Position numbers and translations under genes: made by a program. DNA of 63,154 nt, filler included. It is 15 parts of 15 records of this genome, joined end to end, with 100 filler letters (N's around TTAATTAATTAA, not from the genome) between each part and the next. Parts side by side here need not be neighbours in the genome. Positions count along the whole stretch, not along the records: positions 1 to 4,418 come from SRR15195285_7994; positions 4,519 to 8,131 come from SRR15195285_8009; positions 8,232 to 14,644 come from SRR15195285_8010; 12 more parts are not named here. One strand, given 5' to 3'. Within the stretch, counting starts at the first letter, position 1; every line of letters starts with the position of its first letter. A model generated the notes under the pieces. The model was not told the DNA's origin and ran no database searches. It was given only the letters and a program-made list of their open reading frames with translations. Below, piece by piece: positions 1 through 12,215 of this stretch.

Positions 1-522
1 CAATGGAGATTCGGGACGCAATAACGCACCTAACCTATAGTTGACCGTTGCGACGATGACCCGCTGTGATGTGGCAAGGTATGAGCCATCCTGCTCGTGC
101 GCTGCACCTTGTGTGAAGCCACCACCGTGAATGAAGAGCAGCAGAGGAAGCGCAATTCCACCAGCAGCGTGGTTCCGTGGGCGGTACAGATCCAGTGTGA
201 GACAATCTTCTGAGTAGAAAACCTTGTGCCCTGCCTGCCAGTCGACGCTGCTTGTGGCGCCACTCTGCCAGCAGCTTGTGGGTGGTCCCGGCAGGGCAGC
301 CTCCAGCGTTGCGGGAGCCCACGGGGATCCAGGTTGTGGCGGTGCAAAGCGCAGCTCGTTGAGCGGAGGCTGTGCGTATGGAATCTGTCGGAAGGATTCT
401 GCGACTGCCCCGCGACTGCCTCGGATTGCGCCCAGGGCCGTCTGCACCAGCGGCTGCGCTTCGTCTTCCACGCTGGAAGCGGTCGCTGCCACCACTGCCA
501 CGAGTGCCACTGCAGGAAGCAT
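1..522 (-). CDS. Secreted type-B carboxylesterase/lipase, N-terminal part (3' truncated; absent from the ORF track because no stop is reached)
   Basis: Manual translation from ATG at 522: signal-like MLPAVALVAVVAATA, then VQTALGAIRG, FRQIPYAQPPLNELRFAPPQP, SEDCLTLDLY, LLFIHGGGF, VIVATVNYRLG. These are hallmark type-B carboxylesterase motifs. A probable intron donor (GTGCGT) follows YRL. Confidence 0.9.
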   Translation of the reverse strand, partial: MLPAVALVAVVAATASSVEDEAQPLVQTALGAIRGSRGAVAESFRQIPYAQPPLNELRFAPPQPGSPWAPATLEAALPGPPTSCWQSGATSSVDWQAGHKVFYSEDCLTLDLYRPRNHAAGGIALPLLLFIHGGGFTQGAAHEQDGSYLATSQRVIVATVNYRLGALLRPESPL

Positions 523-1196
523 CACGTCGCAGAAAACAGATGCACCAAATACAATGCACCGCGCAGCGCTGGTTGGCGGACTGGGCTGCACCTCAGTGAG
601 CTCGCTCGCTGTCCACACGCACACCGACCGCCGCCGGGCGGGGCGCACCACGGTACGAAACGGCCAGCCACCCCGTTTGTGGTCTCGCTCCGCACTGGCA
701 ACGAAATCACCGCGCCGCGCGGTCACGCAGTTGAAAAAGAAAAGAGAAATCATGGAGAAATCGCACTGAGAAATCGGGTTTGTCATGTTGCAATCTGGGC
801 ACTCGGCACTGACCCGGAAGGGCCTTCGTGCTACCGGCCGTAGTATCATCCTCGATCCTCGTGCCTCGTGCCTGCATGCGACCCTCCGAGCTTTTTGCAT
901 GATCCATGCCGCGGTCGCGTCACGAGCTCACGACCGACGGCCGCGCGCCCGCGCGGGCCGCGGCGCGGGGGACAGCGGCGCGAGGATCGCCGCCAGCGGG
1001 CGCTTGTAACTCGTGGCGGGTTGGCTCGCGGCGGTCCCGCGATAGATAGCACTGCCGCACTGCGTTGAGCTGGCTGCGCCTGGTGGGAGAGGGAGAGCAG
1101 ACAGCACGAGGATGATGAGCGGTGGCCCAAACGTACGATAGATACATGTAGTGCGCAGTCTTCTGGATACAGCGTGTTGGCATCGAAAAGTACTGG

Positions 1197-2664
1197 ATGA
1201 GCGCTGCGCCGGAGCCCGAGGTGGCGATGCCGGAAAACATGACGGGGCAGATCTTCACCTACGAGAATGTACGATATCGCAGCGCTAGGCGCGGTGCCAG
1301 AGGACCTGTCTCTCGGCTGCTGACTGACTGCCTGACTGGCTGCCCACGCCCCCGCAGTTTGTGGACGGGATTGCGGGCTCTTCGGGTGGGGTTGTTGCGA
1401 TCACGGTATTCTACCCGCTGAACAAGATTCGTGAGTGTAGCACGGGCCCAGCGGCTAAATATTCTCAGGTCGCGTGGACTTGCTATTCACCTCGGCCGCT
1501 GCCTATCTCACGGTGCTTGCAGGCATGGACTTGCAGGTGCAGGACCCAGGAAGGCCTTCGAAAGGTATTGCTCAGCTGGTCAAAGATATCGTGGCGGAAG
1601 ATGGTATCGGAGGTTTCTTCAAAGGCTGGTGGGCGCAGATCGTCGCGCTGGGCTCGTCGAACTTCGTCTACTTTTACGCGTCCTGCATGATTAAGGTTAT
1701 CATCATAACGAGGTATATCGAAATGCCATCACGCTGCACGCGCCTGACTGGTGTGGACGCTGACAAAATCCTCTGTCTGCACGCAGGCAAGGTGGGCGCC
1801 CGATGGGACCAGTGATGAACCTGGCAGTCGGTGCAGTCGCAGGAGTGATCAACGTGTTGCTGACTACCCCGCTGTGGGGAGTCATGACGGTGCTTACCAC
1901 CCAACGAACACGTGGTATCAAAGATGGCCAGGTGAGCACTGATTTGCTCTTGTGCTACGCCTCTGCCTGAGCCGTGCGTGCCAAGCATATGCGGCTCCAT
2001 TCTGCGCTGCGTCTGACCTGGCTACTGCTGTCCAGACACCTTACAACGGCATGCTAGACGGGTTGTACCGTTGTGGTAAAGAGGAAGGTGTCTCCGGCCT
2101 ATGGAAAGGCGTGACGACGAATCTAATCTTGGTCTCAAACCCAACAGTGCATTACTTCATCTACGACCGCTTGAAGCTTTGGGCAGCAGCCCTCGTTGAT
2201 GTACGGGGCAGGCCGCTCAACTCAGCGGAGTTCTTCTTGATGGGTGCAATTGCTAAGTGCGTTGCGACGGTCGTAACATATCCTGTCCAAGTCGCGCAAG
2301 CGCAGTTGCGCAACGATCGCAGGTGTGTCTGCCACTCCTTCACTGTGCTGTGAGGTAATGTGTGGCTCGTCGCGCTTCTACCCAGACAGCTCACAAGCTC
2401 ACAAGCGCTAGCGACTTGGTACCTAATCGGTGGCTGGGTCGCTGGATGCTTGCATTCAGGTCAAAGGATGGCAGTCGAAAGTACAAGGGCACGGTCCACT
2501 GCCTCTACGTCATCTACAGGACCGCTGGGGTCGCAGGTTGGTTCCGAGGGATGATTGCCAAGTTGTGGCAAACTGTGTTGACAGCTGCGTTTCAGCTGAT
2601 GACCTTCGAGTACATCCGGGGCGCTGTGATGAGCGCCGCCCTGCGGCTGCGTTCCCAGGCTTAA
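1197..2664 (+). CDS. Peroxisomal nucleotide/cofactor carrier, SLC25A17/PMP34-like (mitochondrial carrier family), 6 exons
   Basis: Exons 1197-1268, 1358-1430, 1523-1712, 1787-1931, 2036-2322 and 2460-2664 join in frame through GT-AG introns. Three carrier repeats (FYPLNKIR, TTPLWGV, TYPVQVAQAQL) and PMP34-type segments SNFVYFY, LILVSNPTVHYFIYDRLK, FLMGAIAKCVATVVTYP, KLWQTVLTAAF. Confidence 0.88.
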
Positions 2665-2917
2665 AGTGTTGACTTATCGGCTGATTATCTCACAAGCTCT
2701 CTCATAATAGGTTGTTATCAAAAGGAAGAGTTCGCAATTCCTGTGGAAGAGGCACGGAACGTACTCGTTCTTGCCACTGCAATTTATACTCCGTACCAGC
2801 ACGCTCTAGCCGTACTTTTACAAGTGCGCGTGAGCATTGACCTCTGACGAGGAGCAAACATATGATAGCCGCTGTGCTCGAGCTAAAGATGAACGTAGAA
2901 CTATGCAACCATTCCCA

Positions 2918-3952
2918 TCATGGCTGCATGGGTTCATCCCCATCGTAGTCTAGTTCATTCTCGTCATATCCTCGTATTCTAAAACGCTTGCCCTCCATCC
3001 AGCCGCAGTTGAGCAGCCAACACAGACCCAGCAAGCCATTGATGACTGCAAACATAGCTATGAGTACCGCCAGTAGCACTTGATCAGCAGCCATCGTCGC
3101 GCCGTCGATCTGCATCGGCACAAAGTGGGCAACGGACCGTCAGTCATTGCAGCTAGATGGATCGGCGCCACACAGCTTGGCTGCTGCTCATACCGTCACC
3201 AATAGTACGACCAAGAGTATCGCTACACAGACCAAACACAGGATGCTGACACAGCAACGCGACTTGAAATTCGTAGCCGTATGGTCGAACAATCGTGAGG
3301 TCTCCCAGACTGAAGTCTCGACATCCCTGAGGGATTCCCCCTCTTCGGCAGCGGCTAATCGTTCTGCTCCCCGCGCTTTCTCATCCTCTGCTTTCTTCGC
3401 TGCCGCCGCCGCAGCTTCTGCCTCAGCCTCAGCGTGGGCCTTCTCATGTGCTGCCTTAGCGAATCTGGCTGCCCTAGCGAAGAATTCTGCCTTATGAGCG
3501 GCTGACTCCCAGGCTAAGGCAGCCTTCCTCTTCGACCCTGCTGCCTCCGCTGCTGCCTCACGTTCACGTACTGCCGCACATTTATCCGCTTGCCCCGCTT
3601 CAGCTACTTGCATCTGACTGTCGTCACGCATTGCATCCGAGTGCAGTGCCTCGGGTGAGGTCCCTGATTCTATTCCTGTACTGCTGTCGCTCTGACTGAC
3701 GCTCGTGAGCCCACCCGCAGGCACCCGTGCGGAGTCAGCCAGCTGTGGCACGTCTCCAGAGCGGATGGCATGCAGCTGCGACGACAATGCCGCCCTACGC
3801 GCCATCTTTTCCTCCTCCGTTCCTCCCACAGCAGAGCCTTGCTGTGTGGTGCCATCCGGCGACGGCACCGCGACGTCGCCAGAGCGGATGCCATCCAGCT
3901 GCGCCTTCAGCGCCTCTTTCCGCGCTTCTTTCGCCACCGTAGCCTCTTCCAT
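2918..3952 (-). CDS. Hypothetical protein with coiled-coil N-terminus and two C-terminal transmembrane helices (2 exons, intron 3110-3193)
   Basis: ORFs 3188-3952 and 2918-3121 join in frame through a GTATGA…CAG intron. Duplicated motif (A)AL..QL..IRSGDV. Hydrophobic segments ILCLVCVAILLVVLLV and VLLAVLIAMFAVINGLLGLCWLL. Confidence 0.6.
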
Positions 3953-4418
3953 CGCTCGTACGCCACGCTACCCGCCGCCCCCACTGCACCCCGAGCCCCC
4001 AGCACGCTACACAGCCAGCTCCAGTGCCGCATGCGTGCATTGCCCGGCCACCATCGCCATCGCCACAGTGATTGCGGTCCCGCACATTAGGCCGATATGT
4101 GCCGCCGATGTCCGCCGTCCGCCGATACGTTTGATCCGATATTGGCGGACATCGGGATATATTCGAATAGATCCATACCGAGAACAGTACCAAGGGGAGA
4201 CTCATCGAAGAGTCTCCCCTTGACAGTGTACACAATGCAGTAGGAATTCTTACGAGAACTTTGGCGACGGCGAGGGACGCGTGGACGTCACTGGACGACT
4301 CCAGACGAGTGATCCCCGATCCCCGAACCCCGCGGCCGACCGTCATCGTGTGCGTGTTCCACCCTGTTGGGCCTGTTCCACTGTTGACTCAAGGGTAGAC
4401 TCAACTGGGTTGGTCACT

Positions 4419-4518
4419 NNNNNNNNNNNNNNNNNNNNNNNNNNNNNNNNNNNNNNNNNNNNTTAATTAATTAANNNNNNNNNNNNNNNNNNNNNNNNNN
4501 NNNNNNNNNNNNNNNNNN
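4419..4518. other. Artificial contig spacer (first of 14)
   Basis: N44-TTAATTAATTAA-N44, with stops in all six frames. The others are at 8132-8231, 14645-14744, 18469-18568, 21696-21795, 28140-28239, 32810-32909, 36333-36432, 40175-40274, 43805-43904, 47943-48042, 52250-52349, 55774-55873 and 60033-60132. Confidence 0.99.
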
Positions 4519-4831
4519 GGCAGTCACCACGGTTCGGAAACAAAGGTGGAACGATCTACCTCTTGTATGATGTACACTAGATCTAGTATCGCTAGCACAG
4601 AGGAGAGAGATCGAGAGATTCCCGCCGCGGCCGCGTGCACGCCGCGGCCGGCGAGCGCGCGGAGACGGACGACAGCGACGCATCGTCGGTATCGCGCACG
4701 CGCACGCGGCGGGACGCACGGGCCCCAGACACCGTCTGTCTCGGAGACAGATGCGTCCGGCTTGAGCGTCCTTACGCCAGTGTGTCACAGTGCTGCAGCT
4801 TGAAGCCGCTTCGCCGTGAGGCGACTCGTTC

Positions 4832-6241
4832 TTGATCAGACTGCCAAACTTGCTCCGCGCCCTCCCTGCCCGGTCCAACTTGATCATCGGCCTGAGTCCA
4901 TCGCCCTACCTCGCGCCCTGGCGTGCCCAGCCTGGGCAAGGAGACCTGATGAACAGCAGTGCCAGTTTGGAGCTGGCGCTCGCGGGATTCATTACTGGAA
5001 AGGTGAGCCCGGCCGAGGTGACCGCTGCAATACGCGCTCAGATTAAGATTCAGATTGACAGCCGACAATCATTTTCTACACCATCCTCCACGTCGTCCTC
5101 ATCGTCCTCGTCGCAGCTGTCTTCAGATGAAGACGATGAGGGCCAGGCCGCGACGCTAGTTCTGCCAGCCGCGGGTGCGAAAGTGTCCCGGCGACGGTTG
5201 GACCACGACACAAGCTCATATGACCCGCACACGGCTCGGCGACAGCAGCTGCACCAGATTCAGCGACAGTTGAACCTGCATGGCGTAGAAGCACGAAGGA
5301 TTGATAGCGAATGCCGCGATCTTGCCCGCCAAGAGCTCGAACTCAAACTACAACTTGCAGCCAGCCACAACAGTAGCCCTACGTGCAGGCTGTTGTCGTT
5401 GCCTGCTCATCTGCTTGTGAACATTGCGGCATACCTGTCAGTGGGAGACCTTGGACGCTGGGTGCTCGTCTGCAAGCGCTTCACACAGCCGACTGAGGCT
5501 GGCAACCCCGCGAGCTCGATCTTGGAAGCCACTGTGCGCCTGAGCATTAGCCGCGAGTGCCAGGAAGTCAAGGAGCGAGCAGCACGCCTCGAGAACAGCC
5601 AGTCTACTTTGCCAGTGTTGCGTCTGCTCTTCCAGGCCCAGGGGTCTTCATTCATCTGGACGTTTGTTGATGGTGCAGACATCACAGGCATTGGTACCGA
5701 CACTGTGGAAACGACACAAAACGGCTACGTCGGCGCGATTGGAAACCTATCGGCCAGCTGCGAACATCACAGCTGGTATGTTGGCCTTGACTGGATGCCT
5801 GATCATACATTGCTGGATGGTGACGTACCGAAATTAACTATTGGAGCTATAGCAGCATCGAGCTTCAGCAAATCCTACGGTCCCCAATATGATTCTCGCG
5901 CAGTCTGCTGGCAGTTTGGCGGCTCCTGCCCGATTCCCTTCGTTGAAGGCAGTTGCTTGGGCGTCTACAGTAAGCGGCACACAGGGAATTTGGACGAGTT
6001 GATAGAGCGAACACCGCTCGTCGATACTGCTGGGCATGCGCAGGAGCACTTTCGGCTGCGACTGACCCAAGATCGCTTGACGTTGGCTCACCTTCGCACC
6101 GGCCGCAGCGGCAGCATTGCTATCCCGGAGGGATTGCGAGGCAGCGACGAGTGGCGGCCAGTGGTTGGATTCAAGAATCCTTGCAAGGTCTCGCTGGCCA
6201 GTCGTTTCACGGACTGGGATTTCAGCAGCGACGATTATTAA
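4832..6241 (+). CDS. F-box protein with a C-terminal SPRY/B30.2-like beta-sandwich (start uncertain; first in-frame ATG about 4948)
   Basis: F-box motif LLSLPAHLLVNIAAYLSVGDLGRWVLVCKRF. The C-terminus (HHSWYVGL…LTIGAI…WRPVVGF…CKVSL) resembles SPRY. Confidence 0.6.
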   Translation: MIRLPNLLRALPARSNLIIGLSPSPYLAPWRAQPGQGDLMNSSASLELALAGFITGKVSPAEVTAAIRAQIKIQIDSRQSFSTPSSTSSSSSSSQLSSDEDDEGQAATLVLPAAGAKVSRRRLDHDTSSYDPHTARRQQLHQIQRQLNLHGVEARRIDSECRDLARQELELKLQLAASHNSSPTCRLLSLPAHLLVNIAAYLSVGDLGRWVLVCKRFTQPTEAGNPASSILEATVRLSISRECQEVKERAARLENSQSTLPVLRLLFQAQGSSFIWTFVDGADITGIGTDTVETTQNGYVGAIGNLSASCEHHSWYVGLDWMPDHTLLDGDVPKLTIGAIAASSFSKSYGPQYDSRAVCWQFGGSCPIPFVEGSCLGVYSKRHTGNLDELIERTPLVDTAGHAQEHFRLRLTQDRLTLAHLRTGRSGSIAIPEGLRGSDEWRPVVGFKNPCKVSLASRFTDWDFSSDDY

Positions 6242-6768
6242 ACCGAATGGCCCGAGCTCATGACTGGGCAACCAACTGAACGGCAGATTCGTTCTTTGCT
6301 GTGCAGCATCACGGTGGCTCGCTTTTCGCTTGCTGACAATCCGCAAGGCAGCAGCGGTTGCAGTACCCACCTACATGGGTTCGTACTACATTTCTACTCG
6401 TACTCACAAGCGACTATAGTCAAACAGGTATCGTTTCAAAAACAGTGCCGCCAAGAAGTCCATGAACGACACCAGTCGACCATACCTCAGCGACAAGAAA
6501 GCTCTGATCTTTTCCAATGCATTTTATTTGCCTACAGCACTTGTTGTTCTGCCTCAGGTGGGCAGAAGGCACAGCACTATGCCCACCTACAGAGTACACT
6601 TCCTCCTAAGGTTGCAAGCCGAGTTCCTATGCACGATCTCAACCCAAGCCGACCAAAGTGGATGTCGCGCAGCTCCCCACTAACATTCTCTCGCCCGATA
6701 GCTTGGTAAGCACAGTAGGCATGCCCTGACCAAATCGCCCTTGCACTTTTACGTTTTTGCGAAAACAG

Positions 6769-8013
6769 TTAGCCCTCCCGTCCCCCGAGCAATCGCCCCG
6801 TTCCATCATCAAGACAATCCGCGATCCACATGTAATCGTGCGTTTGGCAGTGTCCCCCCGTGGTATAGGAGGCGTTCGAGCGCATTCCAGCTAGCAGCCA
6901 TTGGCTATGTAGCGCCAAAGAGGACTTGTAGAAGAACGGCGCTTCGGCGCGTGGGTCCTCTGTCTGATCGACAATGCAAGCCTTCAAGCCGTCTGTCTTG
7001 GCAACGGGTGCTGGAAAGTACTGGCAAGCATCACACTCTCCCCAACTTACGGTGGAGCTTGTGATGTAGTTATCTGGTGGAAAGCTTAAGCCATCGCCCT
7101 TCATCTTGAGACCGGTCGACTGGCTCGCGAACGCCGTCACGGCCGCAGGCATAAGCTGGTGTACGCACTGGGCAACCCACACAGTGTAAGCCGACCCCAT
7201 CGAACAGCCTGTGAAAAAGATCTTGCCCAGGTCAAAGAGTCGACCTCCGCCGTGCGCACCCGCGGATTCGAGGGCAGTGAGTGTGGCGTTGATGTAGCGC
7301 AAGTCCAAGTTGCGCTCCCAATCGCACACAAGGCCAGTCGCGTCAGTCTGCACCTCGGGGATAAGCCATTGTCCACCGTGCAAGTGTGGGTTGCTACCAC
7401 CACCGCTGCCGCTTGGTGACTCCTCCAACCGTCGCACGCTACTGCCGTCATCTGGGCCACAAACAGTGGCCTCCGCCGCAGGAAACGGAATGTGCTCGGC
7501 TTCGCAAGGCTGAAGGCAACTGTCTGGACCAAACTGGTGCTCCTTCATGCAGGCGAGGCAGTGTACAGGTCCTTGGGTTTTGTTGCAGCCGTGCTGTTCA
7601 AAACACAGCGTGCACTTTGCGGAGCTGGGAGGACCGGGTGGCGCAGGGCCTTTCGCCGTCCACTGGATAGCCTCACCACCAATGACAGCAAACCCGTACT
7701 TTGCCGCGAGCGATACCCAGCTCACGCCAAGGCGATCGCGCCGCCCACCGAAGTTTTCTGCATTGCCACCAGCGCCATGGAAGTCGAACAAGATCGGTAG
7801 CGGACCATCCATACCCGAGGGCACGATAACGGACGCGCAGCGTGGATGAGTCCCATCGGTGAAGTTGAGTACGGTAGAGCGTGGAGCCTGCTCCGCAACC
7901 TGAGGCGCGATGGAGCAGAGCGGCGGAAAAGCAATCGATGGAACGCCAGGCGGACCGAATGGTTGTGCCACGGTGGCTACTTGGGACAGCAGCAGCGACA
8001 GTCCCTGCACCAT
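6769..8013 (-). CDS. Secreted alpha/beta-hydrolase of the PHB-depolymerase/LpqC esterase type, with a Cys-rich insertion
   Basis: Signal-like MVQGLSLLLSQVATVA; PILFDFHGAGGNA; AAKYGFAVI; DLRYI; KIFFTGCSMGS (nucleophile G-x-S-x-G); C-terminal GGH catalytic His. Confidence 0.75.
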   Translation of the reverse strand: MVQGLSLLLSQVATVAQPFGPPGVPSIAFPPLCSIAPQVAEQAPRSTVLNFTDGTHPRCASVIVPSGMDGPLPILFDFHGAGGNAENFGGRRDRLGVSWVSLAAKYGFAVIGGEAIQWTAKGPAPPGPPSSAKCTLCFEQHGCNKTQGPVHCLACMKEHQFGPDSCLQPCEAEHIPFPAAEATVCGPDDGSSVRRLEESPSGSGGGSNPHLHGGQWLIPEVQTDATGLVCDWERNLDLRYINATLTALESAGAHGGGRLFDLGKIFFTGCSMGSAYTVWVAQCVHQLMPAAVTAFASQSTGLKMKGDGLSFPPDNYITSSTVSWGECDACQYFPAPVAKTDGLKACIVDQTEDPRAEAPFFYKSSLALHSQWLLAGMRSNASYTTGGHCQTHDYMWIADCLDDGTGRLLGGREG

Positions 8014-8231
8014 CGCCGCGACAGACCTGGGGGGAGCGACGGATCGATGCTCGGCGGTCGGCGCGCCGATACGCACCGCGGGTGGTCAAATAAAGTCGAA
8101 AGTCAAAGTGATGTTCGAAAGAAGTGGTTGANNNNNNNNNNNNNNNNNNNNNNNNNNNNNNNNNNNNNNNNNNNNTTAATTAATTAANNNNNNNNNNNNN
8201 NNNNNNNNNNNNNNNNNNNNNNNNNNNNNNN

Positions 8232-11200
8232 AGCCCGAGCCCGAGCCCGAGCCCGAGCCCCAAGCAAGCGCTACGAACGCTGCCGCAGAAGAAGCGGCGC
8301 GAGTTCGCCAAGAGCGCGACGAGAAGCTACGCCGACGTGTGGCCGAGCTGAACGCCGAGGCAGAGAAGAAGGAACAGCGACGGAAGAGCGCCGCTGCCGA
8401 GGACAAGGCCAAACAGCAGCAGGCAGCAACTCGTGCAGCCACGCAGCAAGAGAAAACGCGCTCATCAGCGCCGACACAGCGACGCGAGAAGCCAGCTCCC
8501 AAACCGACGGCAGCAGATCTCCCGATGGGCAAGGTCGCGTATGCGCTAGGTACCCAGCTGGACTCAGCCTCCACCGACCACAACACCACCCTCGAGACGA
8601 CACTGACAGATGGCTTGGCCTCTCAGGGTCAGCAGGGCGGTCCCGCGCAGCAGTTGAGGTTCATTGCACAGACCTATCGGGCGCTGGGCGCTGAGAAGCG
8701 AGCTGCGAAGCAGGCTGATGACTCTGTGCACACGGAGATGGCAGATACTTTTGAGCGTGCGCTCATCAACGCTCTTTCCGAAGTCCTTCGGGCCGCGCGT
8801 ACCGGCATCGACGATGCGTTAGTCAGCAATCTGAAATCGGACACAGCACTATCGCCGCAGCTACTTGGCGCTGCACTGGAGAGCCTGGGGAGCCGCTCTG
8901 AATCCGGCCTGCCTGATTTGGATGCAGCTTGGGCGGCAGTACAAGGCACATTTGGCCAGCTCTGGGCAGATATCCGCGGCCCAGTTGAAGGAGCTCTGTG
9001 CGAGAGGATGGCGGGGATCGATTCTCCCATGCCCAGCCTCTCCGCAATGGCTGCGCTGTTCTCAGCCCCAGTGGTGCCGCAGTCCATGTCAGCAAACATC
9101 GCCAATGCACCGTGGATACCCCAGCGGCGGCTTGACCCAATGCGTGGGCGGAAACCGACAGTGATGGGATGTGATCTTGAGCTGGTGTTCCTCGGGCCGC
9201 TGTTCGGTCTAGGAGTTGTTCCGGATGCGATACGAAAGCTGCACCGCAGCCAAGCCGCCTGGAGCGCTGGGAAAATCGGCGAGTTTTTCTTTCCGAACGG
9301 ATTTCGACGAAGGCAGGTTGAAATCGACGCAGATGTCGAAATGGCGCGCGACCAAGTGCAGCTTGTTCAGGACCAGCTTGTGCGCGTGACAAAGTCGCTT
9401 CTGCGAAAGGATCGTGGTAGTCGCGAGCATATGTTGGACTGGTTGCATCACGCTGTAGAGTGCAATGCGAACAAGGCCAAGGTCTACGCTGATCACGCCA
9501 ATGACTCGAGTGATAACTTCTCGTTCAACATTGCGTTTGTTCTGCTGCGTTTGTGTGAACCCTTCATGAGCGGCTCCAGTTCTAAGGTTGCGCCTACAAT
9601 CGAGTCAGAGTTCGCCGTGCGCTGCGATAGATATGTGGAGGACCCGGAGCATCAATGTAGTTATGAAACTGAGACGAAATTCGCGTGCGAGACGGGCGAG
9701 CTCGATGCATGGGTTGACAAGCGAAATCTGGCTCGTATCAAGCAGTTTGAAGCAGCGAAAAAGAAAGCAGCTGTAGAGCAGGCCAAGCAGAACGCGGACG
9801 TTGCCCATATGAACGGAGTGGTGCGTTCAGGCGAGACGACAGACGCGATGGCTAGTCCAAGCGACGAGTCAGACGAAGACGCAATGGACGCTTTGCTGCG
9901 AGAGGAAGTGCCGGAAGGACAGCCTGACGCCGCATCAGGAAAAGCTGCTGCGCCACCCAGGCAAGCCTTCAGCTTTGTCACAGAGATATTCTTCCTCACG
10001 GCCCGTGCCCTGCACCACGGTTTCATCCCGTCCATGAACGTTTCAGATCGGGGGTCGCAACATTCGGCGTCAACTTACTACAAATTGCTTCACGCAATGA
10101 ATCCGCTCGCCAAGATGCTGAACGGGATGCGCGGTGCGCGCCACCCAGAGCTGGAGGGCGCATATAGCCAGATGTTCGCTACCAAGCTGTGCTTTGATGC
10201 CATGATGTTGGACCCTCGATTCCTGGAACTTGGGCTGAAATTCTATTCGTTATGCTCACGATGGCTTACAAAATTGGCGTGCGGAATGGATGAGATGGAC
10301 GAAACAGAAGTGGATCTATCCAAGCTGGACTTGCCACTTAAGTTACCGGTGCCGATGGCCTTCGCAACTTTGCCAGAGTTCTTCGGGACAGATTGCTGCG
10401 AATACTTGCTGCTGCTAGCGGAGTTTAAGGGGAGTGTCCTTGTTAACGCGTCGGATGAGTTTGACCGAATTTTGTCTCTGCTTGTTGTGTTGTTGGAGTC
10501 ACCTGGCTATGTGCGGAATCCTCATTTGCGAATGAAGTTCGTAGCGGTGATCGCGCTGCTGATCCCACCTAAGGCTCCAAAGCGTGCATCCGAGGAAGAT
10601 CGTCCAGACTTCTCGCACATCTTCAATGTGAACGTGATCTCCAAGCGCTACCTTGCTCCGTCGTTGATCCGTCTGTACGTTGATATCGAGAACACGGGCT
10701 CCCACAACCAGTTTCACGAAAAGGTTGGTCCGCGGTACAATGTGTACTGCATTCTTGAACACTTGTGCGACCCAATTGGCTCAGCTGCCCGCGCTTCTGC
10801 TGACGGCACGACGATTGCCCACCCTCCCGACCCAGTGTACCGAACTAGTCTCTTCAGCTATTTGTCAGAGGGGTCAGAGATGGCGAAGAAGTTCATCTCG
10901 ATGCTGCTGGGCGACACGCAGCTGCACTTTGACGATGGACTACTCAAGCTGGCAGAAGCAAAGAAATTACAAGACGAGCAGGATTCTGGCGAGTGGGAAA
11001 GCCTGCCTGCTAGCACAAGCGGCCCTGGGGAGCCTCCATCGCAAGGATCAGTAGAAGAGAAGAAAAAGCAGCTCGAAGATGCAGAGAATCACGCGAGGCA
11101 TCTGCTGAACCAGACCTCAAAAACCATTCACTTCCTCGCTTATGTAACACTGGACTGTCCTGGGCCCTTCTTGGCCGGAATTTTCGTGCACCGTATCGCA

Positions 11201-12056
11201 CAAATGCTCAACTCTTTCATCGTCAAGTTGGCTGGTCGGAACATGGGAGCCTTCAAAGTACGGAATATGGACGATTTGGAGTTCAAACCGAAAGAATTGC
11301 TTGAAGAAGTCGCGTCCGTTTTTGTTCATCTGTTCCAAGGATCGGTGGCACAGCCAGTGCCAGAGGAAGAACCAGTGGCAACGAAAGGAGGGCCGACATC
11401 GCCGTTTGTCGCAGCAATGCTTACTATGGGCCAGTACGACGCCGATGTCTATCGCAAGGCGCTGCGGATTCTGACAAGTAAGCACCAACCATGCTGTCAG
11501 TGGTCAGTTTCTGTTCGTTGCAAGCGACTGAGCAGCGATGGATGTGTTGCGCTACAGCGAAAGGGTGCTCCGCGGCTGTGTCTACCGGGCTGGGAGAGCT
11601 CTTAGGCGCCATCGATGCGAAAGCGGCGGAGGAAGTTGCAGAAGATATTGACTTGGATGACTGCCCAGACGAGTTCCTTGTAAGTCGTTGTGCCTGTTTG
11701 CTCTCTACCGCAGTACCAGCCGGACGCTCAACCTTCCTTGTTGCTAGGATCCATTGATGGATACTCTGATGGAAGACCCTGTGAAGCTGCCATGTAAGCA
11801 CACCGCACGGCGTTGCATACTGGCAGCGTGCTATGCGTTTGGATTCGCGCCATGATATTCACACGCATGGGCGCAACGATCAGGTGGGACTGTCATTGAC
11901 CGTGTGACAATCGAGCGATCACTTCTTGACAATGAGATTAACCCTTTTTCTCGCGAGCCCATGACCGTGGATGATCTGGTGCCAGATGATGAATTGAAGC
12001 AACGCATACAGAAATGGTTAGAATGCCGCAAGTCCGGTGTGCCTTTCGAATCATGA
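8232..12056 (+). CDS. UFD2: Ubiquitin conjugation factor E4 (UFD2/UBE4-like) with C-terminal U-box; 5' truncated
   Basis: Ufd2 core motifs FSFVTEIFFLT, VRNPHLR, LYVDIENTGSHNQFHEK, YDADVY. The U-box CPDEFL|DPLMDTLMEDPVKLP|CGTVIDRVTIERSLLDNEINPFSREPM assembles across introns 11478-11557, 11680-11747 and 11794-11883. Confidence 0.93.
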
Positions 12057-12215
12057 GTTCAGTGCAGCCACCAGAATACATGTGTGTGTTGGATGCTTCT
12101 GAGGGCATAGTCTTTAATTTACGCCGGATTGCATGACACACACCGCCCTGACTGCTGACTCTTCACAGCTCGCAGCCAAGCCATTTATCTATTAGCACTT
12201 GATCTTGTTGTAGAA

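Noticed and set aside
4419-4518. Recurring TTAATTAATTAA palindrome inside N runs
   Set aside because: An artificial six-frame-stop linker, identical at all 14 junctions. ORFs ending in X…LIN are artefacts.
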